A stretch of 64,000 nt of DNA from Calditrichia bacterium (GTDB lineage: Bacteria > Calditrichota > Calditrichia > Calditrichales > J004): the NCBI GenBank assembly GCA_027006055.1, contig JALTKX010000088.1, positions 2,172 through 66,171 on the forward strand, read 5' to 3'. Numbering within the stretch: position 1 is the stretch's first letter; each line of letters opens with the position of its first letter. The notes under the pieces were generated by a model. It worked only from the letters and a program-made list of their open reading frames with translations. It had not been told where the DNA came from and ran no database searches. This document shows positions 37,487 through 45,981 of this stretch, piece by piece. Position numbers and translations under genes: made by a program.

Positions 37487-38167
37487 TTAGGAGAAGTCTT
37501 GTCGGAAACGATCGTACTCAAGAATGATCAGTTTACTGCCTTCTTTTTTAATATATCCCAGTTGGCTTAAGGATTTTATTACCCGTGAGATGGTTTCACG
37601 ACTGGTACCGGCCATGTTAGCCAGGTCCTGCTGCGGGGGCAGTTGGCTTATTTCCACCTTACCCTGTTTTATGATACCGGAGTCATCCGCGATGCGTAAC
37701 AGGGTGGAGGCCACGCGTCCCAGGGCATTTTGCAGGGAAAGGCTTTTAATTTGCGAGTCACTGCGGCGCAGACGATGCGCAAGTTCTTTTAACAGGTTTA
37801 TGGCAATTTGCGGGTAGTCATAGAGCATCTGCAGAAAGTTTTCCCGGCGAATGATCAGCATCTGGGTATCTTCAAGCGTTACCGCATTGGCGCTGCGTGT
37901 CTGTCCGTCCAAAATGGCCATCTCCCCAAAAAAGTCGCCATCACAGAGAATGGAAAGGATAACCTCCCGGCCTTCATCGCTGATGCGGGATATTTTAACC
38001 CGGCCATCCAGAATGACAAACATGGTAGAGCCCACCTCTTCCTCGATAAGCACCATATTATCTTTTTTATATATCTGACGAATACAGTGTCGTGATATTT
38101 CTTCCAACTGCTTATCATTTAACTCTGAAAAGAGTGGAATAGATCGCAAAACATCGATGTCCATCAT
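37487..38167 (-). CDS. Crp/Fnr-family transcriptional regulator
   Basis: CNB domain with FGEMAILDGQTRSANA and a C-terminal HTH (TSRETISRVIKSL). No FNR-type N-terminal Cys cluster. Confidence 0.85.
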   Translation of the reverse strand: MMDIDVLRSIPLFSELNDKQLEEISRHCIRQIYKKDNMVLIEEEVGSTMFVILDGRVKISRISDEGREVILSILCDGDFFGEMAILDGQTRSANAVTLEDTQMLIIRRENFLQMLYDYPQIAINLLKELAHRLRRSDSQIKSLSLQNALGRVASTLLRIADDSGIIKQGKVEISQLPPQQDLANMAGTSRETISRVIKSLSQLGYIKKEGSKLIILEYDRFRQDFS

Positions 38168-38171
38168 GGCC

Positions 38172-38813
38172 TCATTCTTTTATTAATTTATATTTCAAAT
38201 GATACTTCTGTTTTAACTTATCCGCAAGTTTTAATGTGGAGCGGAAATCATCCGTGCCATCCACCCATACACAATAGAGTCGGCGGTTGCTTACCTGGCG
38301 TATCTTAATCCGTGCCGCGTAGTTTTGTGTTTGCAACATCTCCACCATCTGCCGGGCATTGTCTTCAATGCCAAAAGCCCCCACCTGAATATAGTATTTT
38401 TCTTCATCGGCCCGGTAGCCTCTGGCTTCTTCTTCGTCTTTGGGCGCGTTAAACCGGCTCAATTCTATATCCCTTTCATGATCGGCGACATATTGCCTGT
38501 ATTCCGCGGAGGTGGCATAATAGCCCCGGGCATAGAAGTAGTCCTGCAAACGCTCGGCGGCCAAATACTTCAGGTAAAGCTTTGTTTCTTCCTGAAAAAG
38601 CTTTTTATAGGTTTCCACGGCCTTGTCACCATCACGTTCAAACAAAGCCCGGTAAAAGGAGCGCTCCTGTTCGGATGTAAACATATCTTTTTGTTCAACC
38701 ACCGTAGCAAGATACTTAAAATCTTTTTTCAAATAGGCTTCCAATAAGTTACGGTTTTGTGCCTGCAGAGCGCCTAAGATGCCCAACAGAATCAGGAGCT
38801 TAGGAATTTTCAC
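38172..38813 (-). CDS. SPOR-domain protein
   Basis: Signal peptide MKIPKLLILLGILGALQA and a C-terminal SPOR-like YYIQVGAFGIEDNARQMVEML...YCVWVDG. Confidence 0.75.
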   Translation of the reverse strand: MKIPKLLILLGILGALQAQNRNLLEAYLKKDFKYLATVVEQKDMFTSEQERSFYRALFERDGDKAVETYKKLFQEETKLYLKYLAAERLQDYFYARGYYATSAEYRQYVADHERDIELSRFNAPKDEEEARGYRADEEKYYIQVGAFGIEDNARQMVEMLQTQNYAARIKIRQVSNRRLYCVWVDGTDDFRSTLKLADKLKQKYHLKYKLIKE

Positions 38814-39147
38814 CCGATTCCTCCTCTTTAGCGGCCGGGTTCTCCAGGCGCGGCGTTTCTTCCGCCACGTCCGTATTATTCAAGGAGGCCATTTCCTCCT
38901 TGAGCCGTTTTATTGTCTTTCTCAGGCGGGCCTCTTCCTTTTTGCCTTTAATAAGGCGAACCAACCAAAAGGTCAGTCCCAGAAGAAATCCCGCTAAAAC
39001 CGATACATAAATAACCGTAACCAGATTCACCTGTTCCAGGTTGGTAAAAATCAGATCAATACTTACAGTTTGGCCCACATTAAGTGAAAAAAGCCCCAGT
39101 AACAAGGCCACAATGATGATCCAAAAGAGAGTTACGGCAATTTTCAT
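38800..39147 (-). CDS. LapA-family (DUF1049) inner-membrane protein
   Basis: MKIAVTLFWIIIVALLLGLFSLNVGQTVSIDL..., a second TM helix, then a basic coiled tail RLRKTIKRLKEEM. It aligns with the E. coli LapA/YciS layout from this Met. The track start at 39213 is the alternative. Confidence 0.65.
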   Translation of the reverse strand: MKIAVTLFWIIIVALLLGLFSLNVGQTVSIDLIFTNLEQVNLVTVIYVSVLAGFLLGLTFWLVRLIKGKKEEARLRKTIKRLKEEMASLNNTDVAEETPRLENPAAKEEESGENS

Positions 39148-39292
39148 AAGGTTTGTTCTATTTATATAATCAAAATAAGGATATCTGCATTCCGCAGATT
39201 TAAGTTTAGGCATTTTTTAAAATTATTACAAGCATTATTCACTTAAAATAACCGTTTTTATCTGACAGGGAAAAAGCGAGGGACAGAAAACA

Positions 39293-39323
39293 GACCTTCC
39301 AGGTCTTAAAGACCTGGAAGGTC
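39293..39323. repeat. perfect 13-bp-arm palindrome (hairpin 1)
   Basis: GACCTTCCAGGTC-ttaaa-GACCTGGAAGGTC, read directly from the sequence. Confidence 0.9.
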
Positions 39324-39355
39324 GATGGCCCGGGTTCCGTTCCCCCATCCGCACC

Positions 39356-39386
39356 GACCTTCCGGGTTTCCAAAACCCGGAAGGTC
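39356..39386. repeat. perfect 14-bp-arm palindrome (hairpin 2), arms nearly identical to hairpin 1
   Basis: GACCTTCCGGGTTT-cca-AAACCCGGAAGGTC. The first 8 nt of the arm are identical to hairpin 1. It is followed by TCTTTT and two further small hairpins (GGTCT-tttg-AGACC; GGAAA-gcttt-TTTCC). Confidence 0.9.
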
Positions 39387-39501
39387 TTTTGAGACCGGAA
39401 AGCTTTTTTCCCTCCCCGTCCTTACCGGGTTCGGATTATTGTGGTTCCTTTTTATAAAAAGAGTATATTGCTCCCATACTGAATACAACCGGAGTACTCG
39501 G

Positions 39502-40686
39502 ATGCGCAATTGGCTTTTTAGAATATCCCTGCCGCTTTTTATTTCCTTCCCCCTTTTTCTTTCTGCCCAAACGGAAGGGGGGCTTACCACGGCAGATACT
39601 CTTCGTTATCTTAATATTCCCGATCGGCCCGAGGATGCCCTGACAGGAACGGAATTGGCAGGCAAAATCACCGGCCTGGATATTAGCGACAGGGAAGAAA
39701 TCATTGTCAGGGAACTTCTATCGGGAAATGTGCCCTCTTTTGCCCGGAAACTTAAACCGGTGCGCATATCTCAGGTTATTAAGGATAAATCTTATGAATT
39801 GGTCTATTATGCTCTTTGTGATTACCTGGCGCTCGGATCGGATTCCGACTATCTGTATATACCCTTAACGCCATCCACCGCTCAGTATATCGCGGACAAG
39901 CTTCAGGCTACCCTGCCTACAAAAAAAATGGTGGATGATATTTACCGCTCCGCTTTAAACAGGTTGCACCCTCAACCGATTCCTCCTTCCGACAAGATGA
40001 CAACCGTTCCCGTTTTTATGCAACATACCGATTCCATAAAACTTCAAATTGCCCAAAAAGGGTTTAACCGCTTATCGGACAGTATCTTTGCCGGAAATAA
40101 AAAAGACATTATCATCTCCAACAAAATATACAGCCCGGACAGAAATTATGATCGTGTGGTGATATACGGCTGGCATTTAAGTGAAAACAATCCCATTCAG
40201 CCGGTTTATAACGGACATGGCGCCTCTTACGCGGATTACTCCCATGGCGTCCGTCTGATTTCCCGCCTGGCCTTTCTTAACTCCGACTCCATGCGGATAG
40301 ACAGCCTTTTACAGGATAGCGATCTTTCGACCCTGTTAAGCGATGAGGGGGTTATTGACAAGCCCCGCTACCCGGACAGCAAATTCCTGACATACATGGA
40401 GCATCCGGCAAAGATTATCCGTCATGCCATTAAACTGCAACAGAACTATCCAAATCCATTCAACCCTTCCACTATAATAAGCTACCAGCTTCCCCGGAGA
40501 ACAAGGGTTGAATTGAATATATATAATCTTCTGGGACAAAAAATAGTCACCCTAGTATCGGGGACCCAGTCCGCGGGCCTCCACAAAATAAAATGGCAGG
40601 CCCCCTCTCTGGCCGGCGGTATCTATATTTACAGACTTAATGCGGGATTAGACCGGCAAAGCCGGAGAATGGTATTGTTGCGCTAA
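39502..40686 (+). CDS. secreted protein of unknown function with T9SS C-terminal sorting domain
   Basis: ATG 39502 is preceded by GGAG. Signal peptide MRNWLFRISLPLFISFPLFLSAQ. The C-terminal ~80 aa read LQQNYPNPFNPSTIISYQLP...NIYNLLGQKIVTL...GGIYIYRL...RRMVLLR, a type A Por/T9SS CTD. The track start at 39325 runs through the palindromes and is rejected. Confidence 0.7.
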   Translation: MRNWLFRISLPLFISFPLFLSAQTEGGLTTADTLRYLNIPDRPEDALTGTELAGKITGLDISDREEIIVRELLSGNVPSFARKLKPVRISQVIKDKSYELVYYALCDYLALGSDSDYLYIPLTPSTAQYIADKLQATLPTKKMVDDIYRSALNRLHPQPIPPSDKMTTVPVFMQHTDSIKLQIAQKGFNRLSDSIFAGNKKDIIISNKIYSPDRNYDRVVIYGWHLSENNPIQPVYNGHGASYADYSHGVRLISRLAFLNSDSMRIDSLLQDSDLSTLLSDEGVIDKPRYPDSKFLTYMEHPAKIIRHAIKLQQNYPNPFNPSTIISYQLPRRTRVELNIYNLLGQKIVTLVSGTQSAGLHKIKWQAPSLAGGIYIYRLNAGLDRQSRRMVLLR

Positions 40687-40696
40687 TTCTGCCGGT

Positions 40697-41674
40697 CTAA
40701 TGTTCGGTTCCCAAAATCATCCGTAACAAATCGGGATCATCGGGTAAAAGGCCCGAAGCGGGTAATCGTTTGGTCACCTCGCGCCATTCCGGCGCCTTTT
40801 TAAATACCTGGCGAAACAAAGGCAGGGCCTTTTGCACCTGTCCCGCCCCGGCCATGGTAGCCGCCGTCCAATAGAGTATCTCTATATTTTGCGGATATAT
40901 CTTATAAGCCGTGGAGTACTCTGCCAGAGCCTTATCCACCTGATCCGTGGCCAGATAGGCGTCGCCCCTGTTCATATGGTCATAGGCGCGGTATATGGTT
41001 ACCAGGCGCCTTAAATCCTTAAGAGGGGTCGGACTGTCATCAACGCGCAGGTCCACTTTTTTCTCTCTCCAGGGTTGTCCCCGGGTAACGCCGGGCACAA
41101 TAAGGATGGCGGCCGATTGTTTTCCGCGGATATCACCTCCCTGAGCCTGGGCTGCTTCCAGGGCCGCCATCAGCCGTTCCAACAGATCGCCCTTGCTTTC
41201 ACGATAGGCCCTGGCCATGGCCGGCCACACGGTCGGTTTTTCCATAAGATTGGCCTGCACGCTAAAAGAAGCGCCTTTTTCATGACCGGCGTATTTAATG
41301 CAATTTTTACCGGTATAAACAGCCACATTGCCCATGGCGTCCACCATGGCCACTTGCCGTACTTCACGTTGGGGGTCTATTTTCAACAGGGCTTCCAAAG
41401 CCTGCGGAGCTGTTTTTCCGCCGCGCATCAAGTCCAGCGCCAGCGGCCCATAGGAGATTTCGATAAAGGATTGAGTCGCTACCGCGCCCACCCCGGCCTC
41501 GGCCCAGGTTACGCTGTTGCCAACCTGAAACCAATGGGACTGCACGGCCACGCCCAAATCACCCGTGGCGCTGTCCCGCGCCACAATGGAATAGGTATGT
41601 ACGGGACGTATGGGCTGTTGCGCCATAAGCATTGAAAAAACAGAAAATAACAATAAGATGCGTAAAGTATACAT
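40697..41674 (-). CDS. DUF1028-family (Ntn-hydrolase-fold) protein with signal peptide and C-terminal TPR-like region
   Basis: Signal peptide, then HTYSIVARDSATGDLGVAVQSHWFQVGNSVTWAEAGVGAVATQSF, the typical DUF1028 N-terminus. The C-terminus has TPR-like helices (RGDAYLATDQVDKALAEYSTAYKIYPQN). Confidence 0.75.
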   Translation of the reverse strand: MYTLRILLLFSVFSMLMAQQPIRPVHTYSIVARDSATGDLGVAVQSHWFQVGNSVTWAEAGVGAVATQSFIEISYGPLALDLMRGGKTAPQALEALLKIDPQREVRQVAMVDAMGNVAVYTGKNCIKYAGHEKGASFSVQANLMEKPTVWPAMARAYRESKGDLLERLMAALEAAQAQGGDIRGKQSAAILIVPGVTRGQPWREKKVDLRVDDSPTPLKDLRRLVTIYRAYDHMNRGDAYLATDQVDKALAEYSTAYKIYPQNIEILYWTAATMAGAGQVQKALPLFRQVFKKAPEWREVTKRLPASGLLPDDPDLLRMILGTEH

Positions 41675-41782
41675 TTTACCTCCCGGTAGTGATATCCTGA
41701 AAAATAAATCTCCGGTGGCTAAGGAGCAAAACTAAAATGGCCTATGGAAATTATGGCAATTTCTTTTGGCGGGATTCTACGT

Positions 41783-41807
41783 AAAAAAAAAGCCGCCCGG
41801 AGGCGGC
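41783..41807 (-). terminator. intrinsic terminator after the DUF2892 gene
   Basis: Minus strand reads GCCGCC-UCCG-GGCGGC followed by U9. Confidence 0.7.
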
Positions 41808-41813
41808 ATAGTT

Positions 41814-41996
41814 CTATTCCTTGGCGGTATTGACCTTAATTAAAGTCCAGATCGGGCAAAAACCCATCAAGGCCGTACCCAGCGGTATGATGGCCAGCAG
41901 GCCCCACCAATTTTGGGCATATATGCCCCAGGCGCCCACGGCCAGCCCCAGTATGATGCGGAATATTTTATCAAAACCGCCTACATTCTTTGTCAT
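41814..41996 (-). CDS. YgaP-like small membrane protein (DUF2892)
   Basis: 60 aa: MTKNVGGFDKIFRIILGLAVGAWG...GFCPIWTLI. Two TM helices and the conserved GxCP motif. AGGAGGAG lies upstream. Confidence 0.7.
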   Translation of the reverse strand: MTKNVGGFDKIFRIILGLAVGAWGIYAQNWWGLLAIIPLGTALMGFCPIWTLIKVNTAKE

Positions 41997-42078
41997 AATC
42001 CACTCCTCCTGATAAGTTTAACGATAAACTTAATATAGCCTTTTAAAACCCTCTTGTCAGTAACCTTTGTTACAAAGC

Positions 42079-42921
42079 TTACCGGATCAACTCATAGAGT
42101 TTTTTTATCTCGGCGGCCCATTGCGCACTATCTGGCGTTTCCAGAATCAGCGGTATATTGTCAAAACGGCGGTCATTCATAATCATTTCGAAAGTCTTCC
42201 AGCCCAAATAACCCTTCCCAAGGTTGTCGTGCCGGTCGACCCTGCTGCCTTTTTCTTTTTTCGAATCATTTAAATGCAGGGCCTTCAACCACTTTGCGCC
42301 GACAATTCGCTCAAATTGATCAAAAGTATCCTTATAGCCCTGTTCATCGCTCAAATCGTAACCGGCGGCAAAAGTATGGCAGGTATCCAAACAGACGCCT
42401 ATGCGCGTTTTGTCTTCCACTCCGTCTATGATATGGGCCAGATGTTCAAATCGGTAACCCACATTGCTGCCCTGCCCCGCCGTATTCTCCACCAACAGAG
42501 TCACCCCCCGGGTTGCTTCAAGAATCCGGTTCAGGCTGACGGCAATCAAATCGAGACATTCGGATTCGCTTATCTCCCTTAAATGACTACCCGGATGAAA
42601 ATTGATTTGGGTAATGCCCAGTTGCATGCAACGTTTAACCTCGTCTTTAAAAGACTCGATGGATTTTTCCCGCTTCTCCTCCACCGGATGGCCGAGGTTA
42701 ACAAGATAACTGTTGTGGGGCAGAATATGATCCGCGGAATATCCCAAAGCCGCGCAGTTATTTTTAAAGTGTTCAATATTTTTTTCCGTAAGCGGCCCGG
42801 CGCTCCATTGTCGTTGATTTTTCACAAACAGGGCAAAAGCTTCCGCGCCGATGTTCCTGGCATTCACGGGAGCATTCTCAACCCCGCCCGCCGCGCTGAC
42901 ATGCGCGCCCACATACTTCAT
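42079..42921 (-). CDS. nfo: deoxyribonuclease IV (endonuclease IV)
   Basis: [13 protein letters not shown]..., [30 protein letters not shown]. Confidence 0.95.
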   Translation of the reverse strand: MKYVGAHVSAAGGVENAPVNARNIGAEAFALFVKNQRQWSAGPLTEKNIEHFKNNCAALGYSADHILPHNSYLVNLGHPVEEKREKSIESFKDEVKRCMQLGITQINFHPGSHLREISESECLDLIAVSLNRILEATRGVTLLVENTAGQGSNVGYRFEHLAHIIDGVEDKTRIGVCLDTCHTFAAGYDLSDEQGYKDTFDQFERIVGAKWLKALHLNDSKKEKGSRVDRHDNLGKGYLGWKTFEMIMNDRRFDNIPLILETPDSAQWAAEIKKLYELIR

Positions 42922-42940
42922 ATCCCGTACTCCTAAAAGA

Positions 42941-43867
42941 TTACAACGCTACTTTTTTTTCGCTTAAAAAAGAGGATATCCTTCGCAGCACCTTTACATC
43001 CCACAAAATACGCCGGTGTCCCAGGTTCTCCGTGGTAAAAAAGTCCGCGTCCGGCCAGGCCTCCCTAAGGATAAGCGCCTGACGGTATTCCACCTCCTGA
43101 TCATCCCTGTCATGGATGATCAGGCCGGGAACATCCAGCTTCTTAACGGCGGAAACCAGTTCAAAGTCAGCCGTTGTGCTTTTTGTATATTTCAGGGTAA
43201 AGTCAACAATAAAATCAAGTGTTTCCTTGTTGGCCCGGATATTTTCCATATAATTACGGGTGATAAACTCAAATGTGGCCGGTGAGCCCATGGTAATAAG
43301 GTGATCCGCCTTTACCCCCCCGGAAATAGCAATACCCGCGGCAATCCCCCCCATGGAATGGCCGATAATTGCTTCAAAGGGGCCATATTTTTTTTCCAGT
43401 TGCTGAATCAAATAGACAAACTCCAGCATACTCGTTTGCTTTCCGGGAGAGTCGCCATGGGCAAATCCGTCAAAGCCAAGAACGCCGTATCCTTCGTTGA
43501 CCAGCGACTCGGCAATGGCGCCCATCTGCGTGGCGCGTCCGCTCCATCCGTGCACCAGCAAAACCAGCGGCCCCGTGCCCCGGTGGTAGGTCATAATATA
43601 TTTTTTGGCGCTGTCATCATAAAAATCACCGGTCAGTGTTTTTCCCTGGGCATAGTTTTCATCATAGATCAGGGAATTACTGTAGTCCACGGGCAGTTTT
43701 TCAACGCGCATCTTTTTCAAATAGGCTTCCTCGCGAACGGGCCGCTTAAAACGTATCGGCGTCGCCCACAGATGCAGAGCGATCTTTTTGGCATATTGAG
43801 GAAAAACATATTGCAGAAATCGTACAAAAGTTTGAACGAGGCGTTGTATAGTGTTCATGAGAGTCAC
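42941..43867 (-). CDS. alpha/beta hydrolase
   Basis: HGWSG oxyanion region, nucleophile elbow GHSMGG, and a C-terminal D...H (HDRDDQ, LGHRR). Confidence 0.8.
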   Translation of the reverse strand: MTLMNTIQRLVQTFVRFLQYVFPQYAKKIALHLWATPIRFKRPVREEAYLKKMRVEKLPVDYSNSLIYDENYAQGKTLTGDFYDDSAKKYIMTYHRGTGPLVLLVHGWSGRATQMGAIAESLVNEGYGVLGFDGFAHGDSPGKQTSMLEFVYLIQQLEKKYGPFEAIIGHSMGGIAAGIAISGGVKADHLITMGSPATFEFITRNYMENIRANKETLDFIVDFTLKYTKSTTADFELVSAVKKLDVPGLIIHDRDDQEVEYRQALILREAWPDADFFTTENLGHRRILWDVKVLRRISSFLSEKKVAL

Positions 43868-43929
43868 GCTTTACCGGTTTAATTGATGTTGCAAAAGGGA
43901 AGATAAGAAGAATAACGTCGGAATAAAAA

Positions 43930-44940
43930 TCAGCCTGTATGGGAAAAGTTGGGGTCGGTCATAACCAGATCGGCCAGATGCTCGAAAAGCTGTGGGTCCC
44001 ATTTTCCGTTGGAGGTTTCCGCCTCGATAATGCGCATGGCCTTTTCACGGGTCATGGCCGGGCGGTAGGAGCGCGAGGTGGTCAGGGCGTCATAGCAATC
44101 CACCAACCCCATAATGCGGGCGTTGAGCGGGATTTCATCTTCTTTCAGGCCGGCGGGATATCCCGAGCCGTCGATTTTTTCGTGATGATACAAGATTATG
44201 GGCAAAATAGGTTTCAGACTTTTCAAGGGGGAACAGATACGTTCGCCGATGGTGGTATGGGTTTTTATGATTTCATATTCCTCATCCGTAAGAGGCCCCT
44301 TTTTTTGCAGAATGGCGTCGGCAATGGCTATTTTACCGATGTCATGCAACAAACCGCCCCTCCGTAACATCACCAGTTCTTTCTCCAGCAAATCTATCTT
44401 TTTGCCCATGCTCACGGACATTCGCGAAAGCCTTTCGCAATGACCTTCGGTATATTTATCCTTGGCCTCCACCGTACGGGCCAGGGAAAAGATGATCTGC
44501 TCGGCATGCTCCAGTTCACTGATGTAGGTACGTAATTTCAACAGATTACTCACCCGCAGGCGTAGCTCGATGATATTGAAGGGTTTGGAAATAAAGTCAT
44601 CCACGCCGGCTTTGTAGCCGCGCAAACGTTCGCCCTGTCCGTCAAGGGCCGTAAGCATGATGATGGGTATCAGACGCGTCCGCTCATCGGATTTCAGCTT
44701 TTCGGCCACTTCAAAGCCATTCATAATGGGCATCATCACATCCAGCAGAATCAAATCGGGTTCAACCTCATAGACCATGGAAAGCGCCTCACGGCCATTA
44801 TAGGCCTTAAAGATTTCATAAGGCATGTCTTCCAGGATATTTTCAAGAGTGACGATATTATCGGGAGCGTCATCCACGATAAGTATTTTCGAGGTCTCGA
44901 CATTTATTGCTTTTTGAGTTATTAAATCTACAGTCAACAT
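43930..44940 (-). CDS. response regulator with canonical HD-GYP phosphodiesterase domain (RpfG family)
   Basis: REC (ILIVDD...LILLDVMMPIMNG...KPF). HD-GYP motifs HCERLS, LLHDIGK, HHEKIDGSGYP. Confidence 0.9.
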   Translation of the reverse strand: MLTVDLITQKAINVETSKILIVDDAPDNIVTLENILEDMPYEIFKAYNGREALSMVYEVEPDLILLDVMMPIMNGFEVAEKLKSDERTRLIPIIMLTALDGQGERLRGYKAGVDDFISKPFNIIELRLRVSNLLKLRTYISELEHAEQIIFSLARTVEAKDKYTEGHCERLSRMSVSMGKKIDLLEKELVMLRRGGLLHDIGKIAIADAILQKKGPLTDEEYEIIKTHTTIGERICSPLKSLKPILPIILYHHEKIDGSGYPAGLKEDEIPLNARIMGLVDCYDALTTSRSYRPAMTREKAMRIIEAETSNGKWDPQLFEHLADLVMTDPNFSHTG

Positions 44941-44949
44941 AGTTTCCGG

Positions 44950-45981
44950 TTAGTCCACGTGCCAGGTATTACCCGATTCCAACAGTTTCTGTAAATCGCC
45001 CTGTCCCTTGCTCTTCTTAACCTCTTCAATCTGTTTGGTCAATAACGCGTCATAGGTTTCCGCCTGCCGCTTGCGAAAGACGCCCACGGGTACGGGAAAA
45101 TCCTCAAGCTCGCTCAGCTCGGCCAGGGCAAACTCCATGGAGGCGGGCAAGTTATCCGTGGTATGTGTAAGCGGTTTTTCCGTGGCTTTCCATTCTTCCA
45201 CCCGGAACCGGTGGCCATCCCAAAACAGATGTTTGTCGTTCTCCCTGCCAAAGCGATATTCCTGTTCATTTTTCAGATAAACCACATTGTCAAAACGGGT
45301 TTTAATATTGGTATACTTTTCAAAGGCACCGTCATTAAATATGTTGCAATTCTGGTAAATTTCCACAAAGGAAGTGCCCTTGTGCCGGGCCGCTTCCAAC
45401 AGGGTGGCTTCCAGATGCTTGGGGTCGCGATCCATGCTGCGGGCCACAAAAGTCGCCCCTGCCGCCAAAGCCATTTTAACGGGATTGAAGGGCTCTTCCA
45501 GTGAGCCGTAGGGCGAGGACTTGGTTATTTTGCCCCGCTCCGACGTGGGGGAATACTGTCCCTTGGTCAGGCCATATATCCGGTTATTAAACAGAAGCAC
45601 GGTCACATCGATATTCCGGCGGCACAGGTGAATAAAGTGATTGCCGCCAATGCTCAGGGCGTCTCCGTCGCCGGTAATCACAAACACCGTTAAATCGGGA
45701 TTGGCCAGTTTAATGCCGGAGGCCAGGGCCGGAGCGCGGCCGTGAATGCCATGCAGCCCATAGGTATCCATGTAATAGGGGAAACGGCTGGAACAGCCGA
45801 TGCCCGAAACAAAAACCACATTCTCCTTTTTTACGCCCAAATCCGGCAGCAGTCGGCGCATCTGGGCCAGGATGGAATAGTCCCCGCAACCGGGACACCA
45901 GCGTACTTCCTGATCGCTGGTAAAATCTTCCTTGGTATACTTCTTCTCTTTTTGTTCCAGAGTCTCAATCGTATTCATCAT
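44950..45981 (-). CDS. korB: 2-oxoacid:ferredoxin oxidoreductase, beta (TPP-binding) subunit
   Basis: WCPGCGDY, GIGCSSR, and TGDGD TPP motifs. There is a 4-nt overlap with korA. Confidence 0.9.
   Translation of the reverse strand: MMNTIETLEQKEKKYTKEDFTSDQEVRWCPGCGDYSILAQMRRLLPDLGVKKENVVFVSGIGCSSRFPYYMDTYGLHGIHGRAPALASGIKLANPDLTVFVITGDGDALSIGGNHFIHLCRRNIDVTVLLFNNRIYGLTKGQYSPTSERGKITKSSPYGSLEEPFNPVKMALAAGATFVARSMDRDPKHLEATLLEAARHKGTSFVEIYQNCNIFNDGAFEKYTNIKTRFDNVVYLKNEQEYRFGRENDKHLFWDGHRFRVEEWKATEKPLTHTTDNLPASMEFALAELSELEDFPVPVGVFRKRQAETYDALLTKQIEEVKKSKGQGDLQKLLESGNTWHVD

Noticed and set aside
39293-39415. Possible SRP (4.5S) RNA, because of the CCGGAAGG strings in the hairpins
   Set aside because: The conserved SRP domain IV sequence (GGAAGCAGCC and its asymmetric loop partner) is absent, and the hairpins are perfect palindromes rather than bulged helices.
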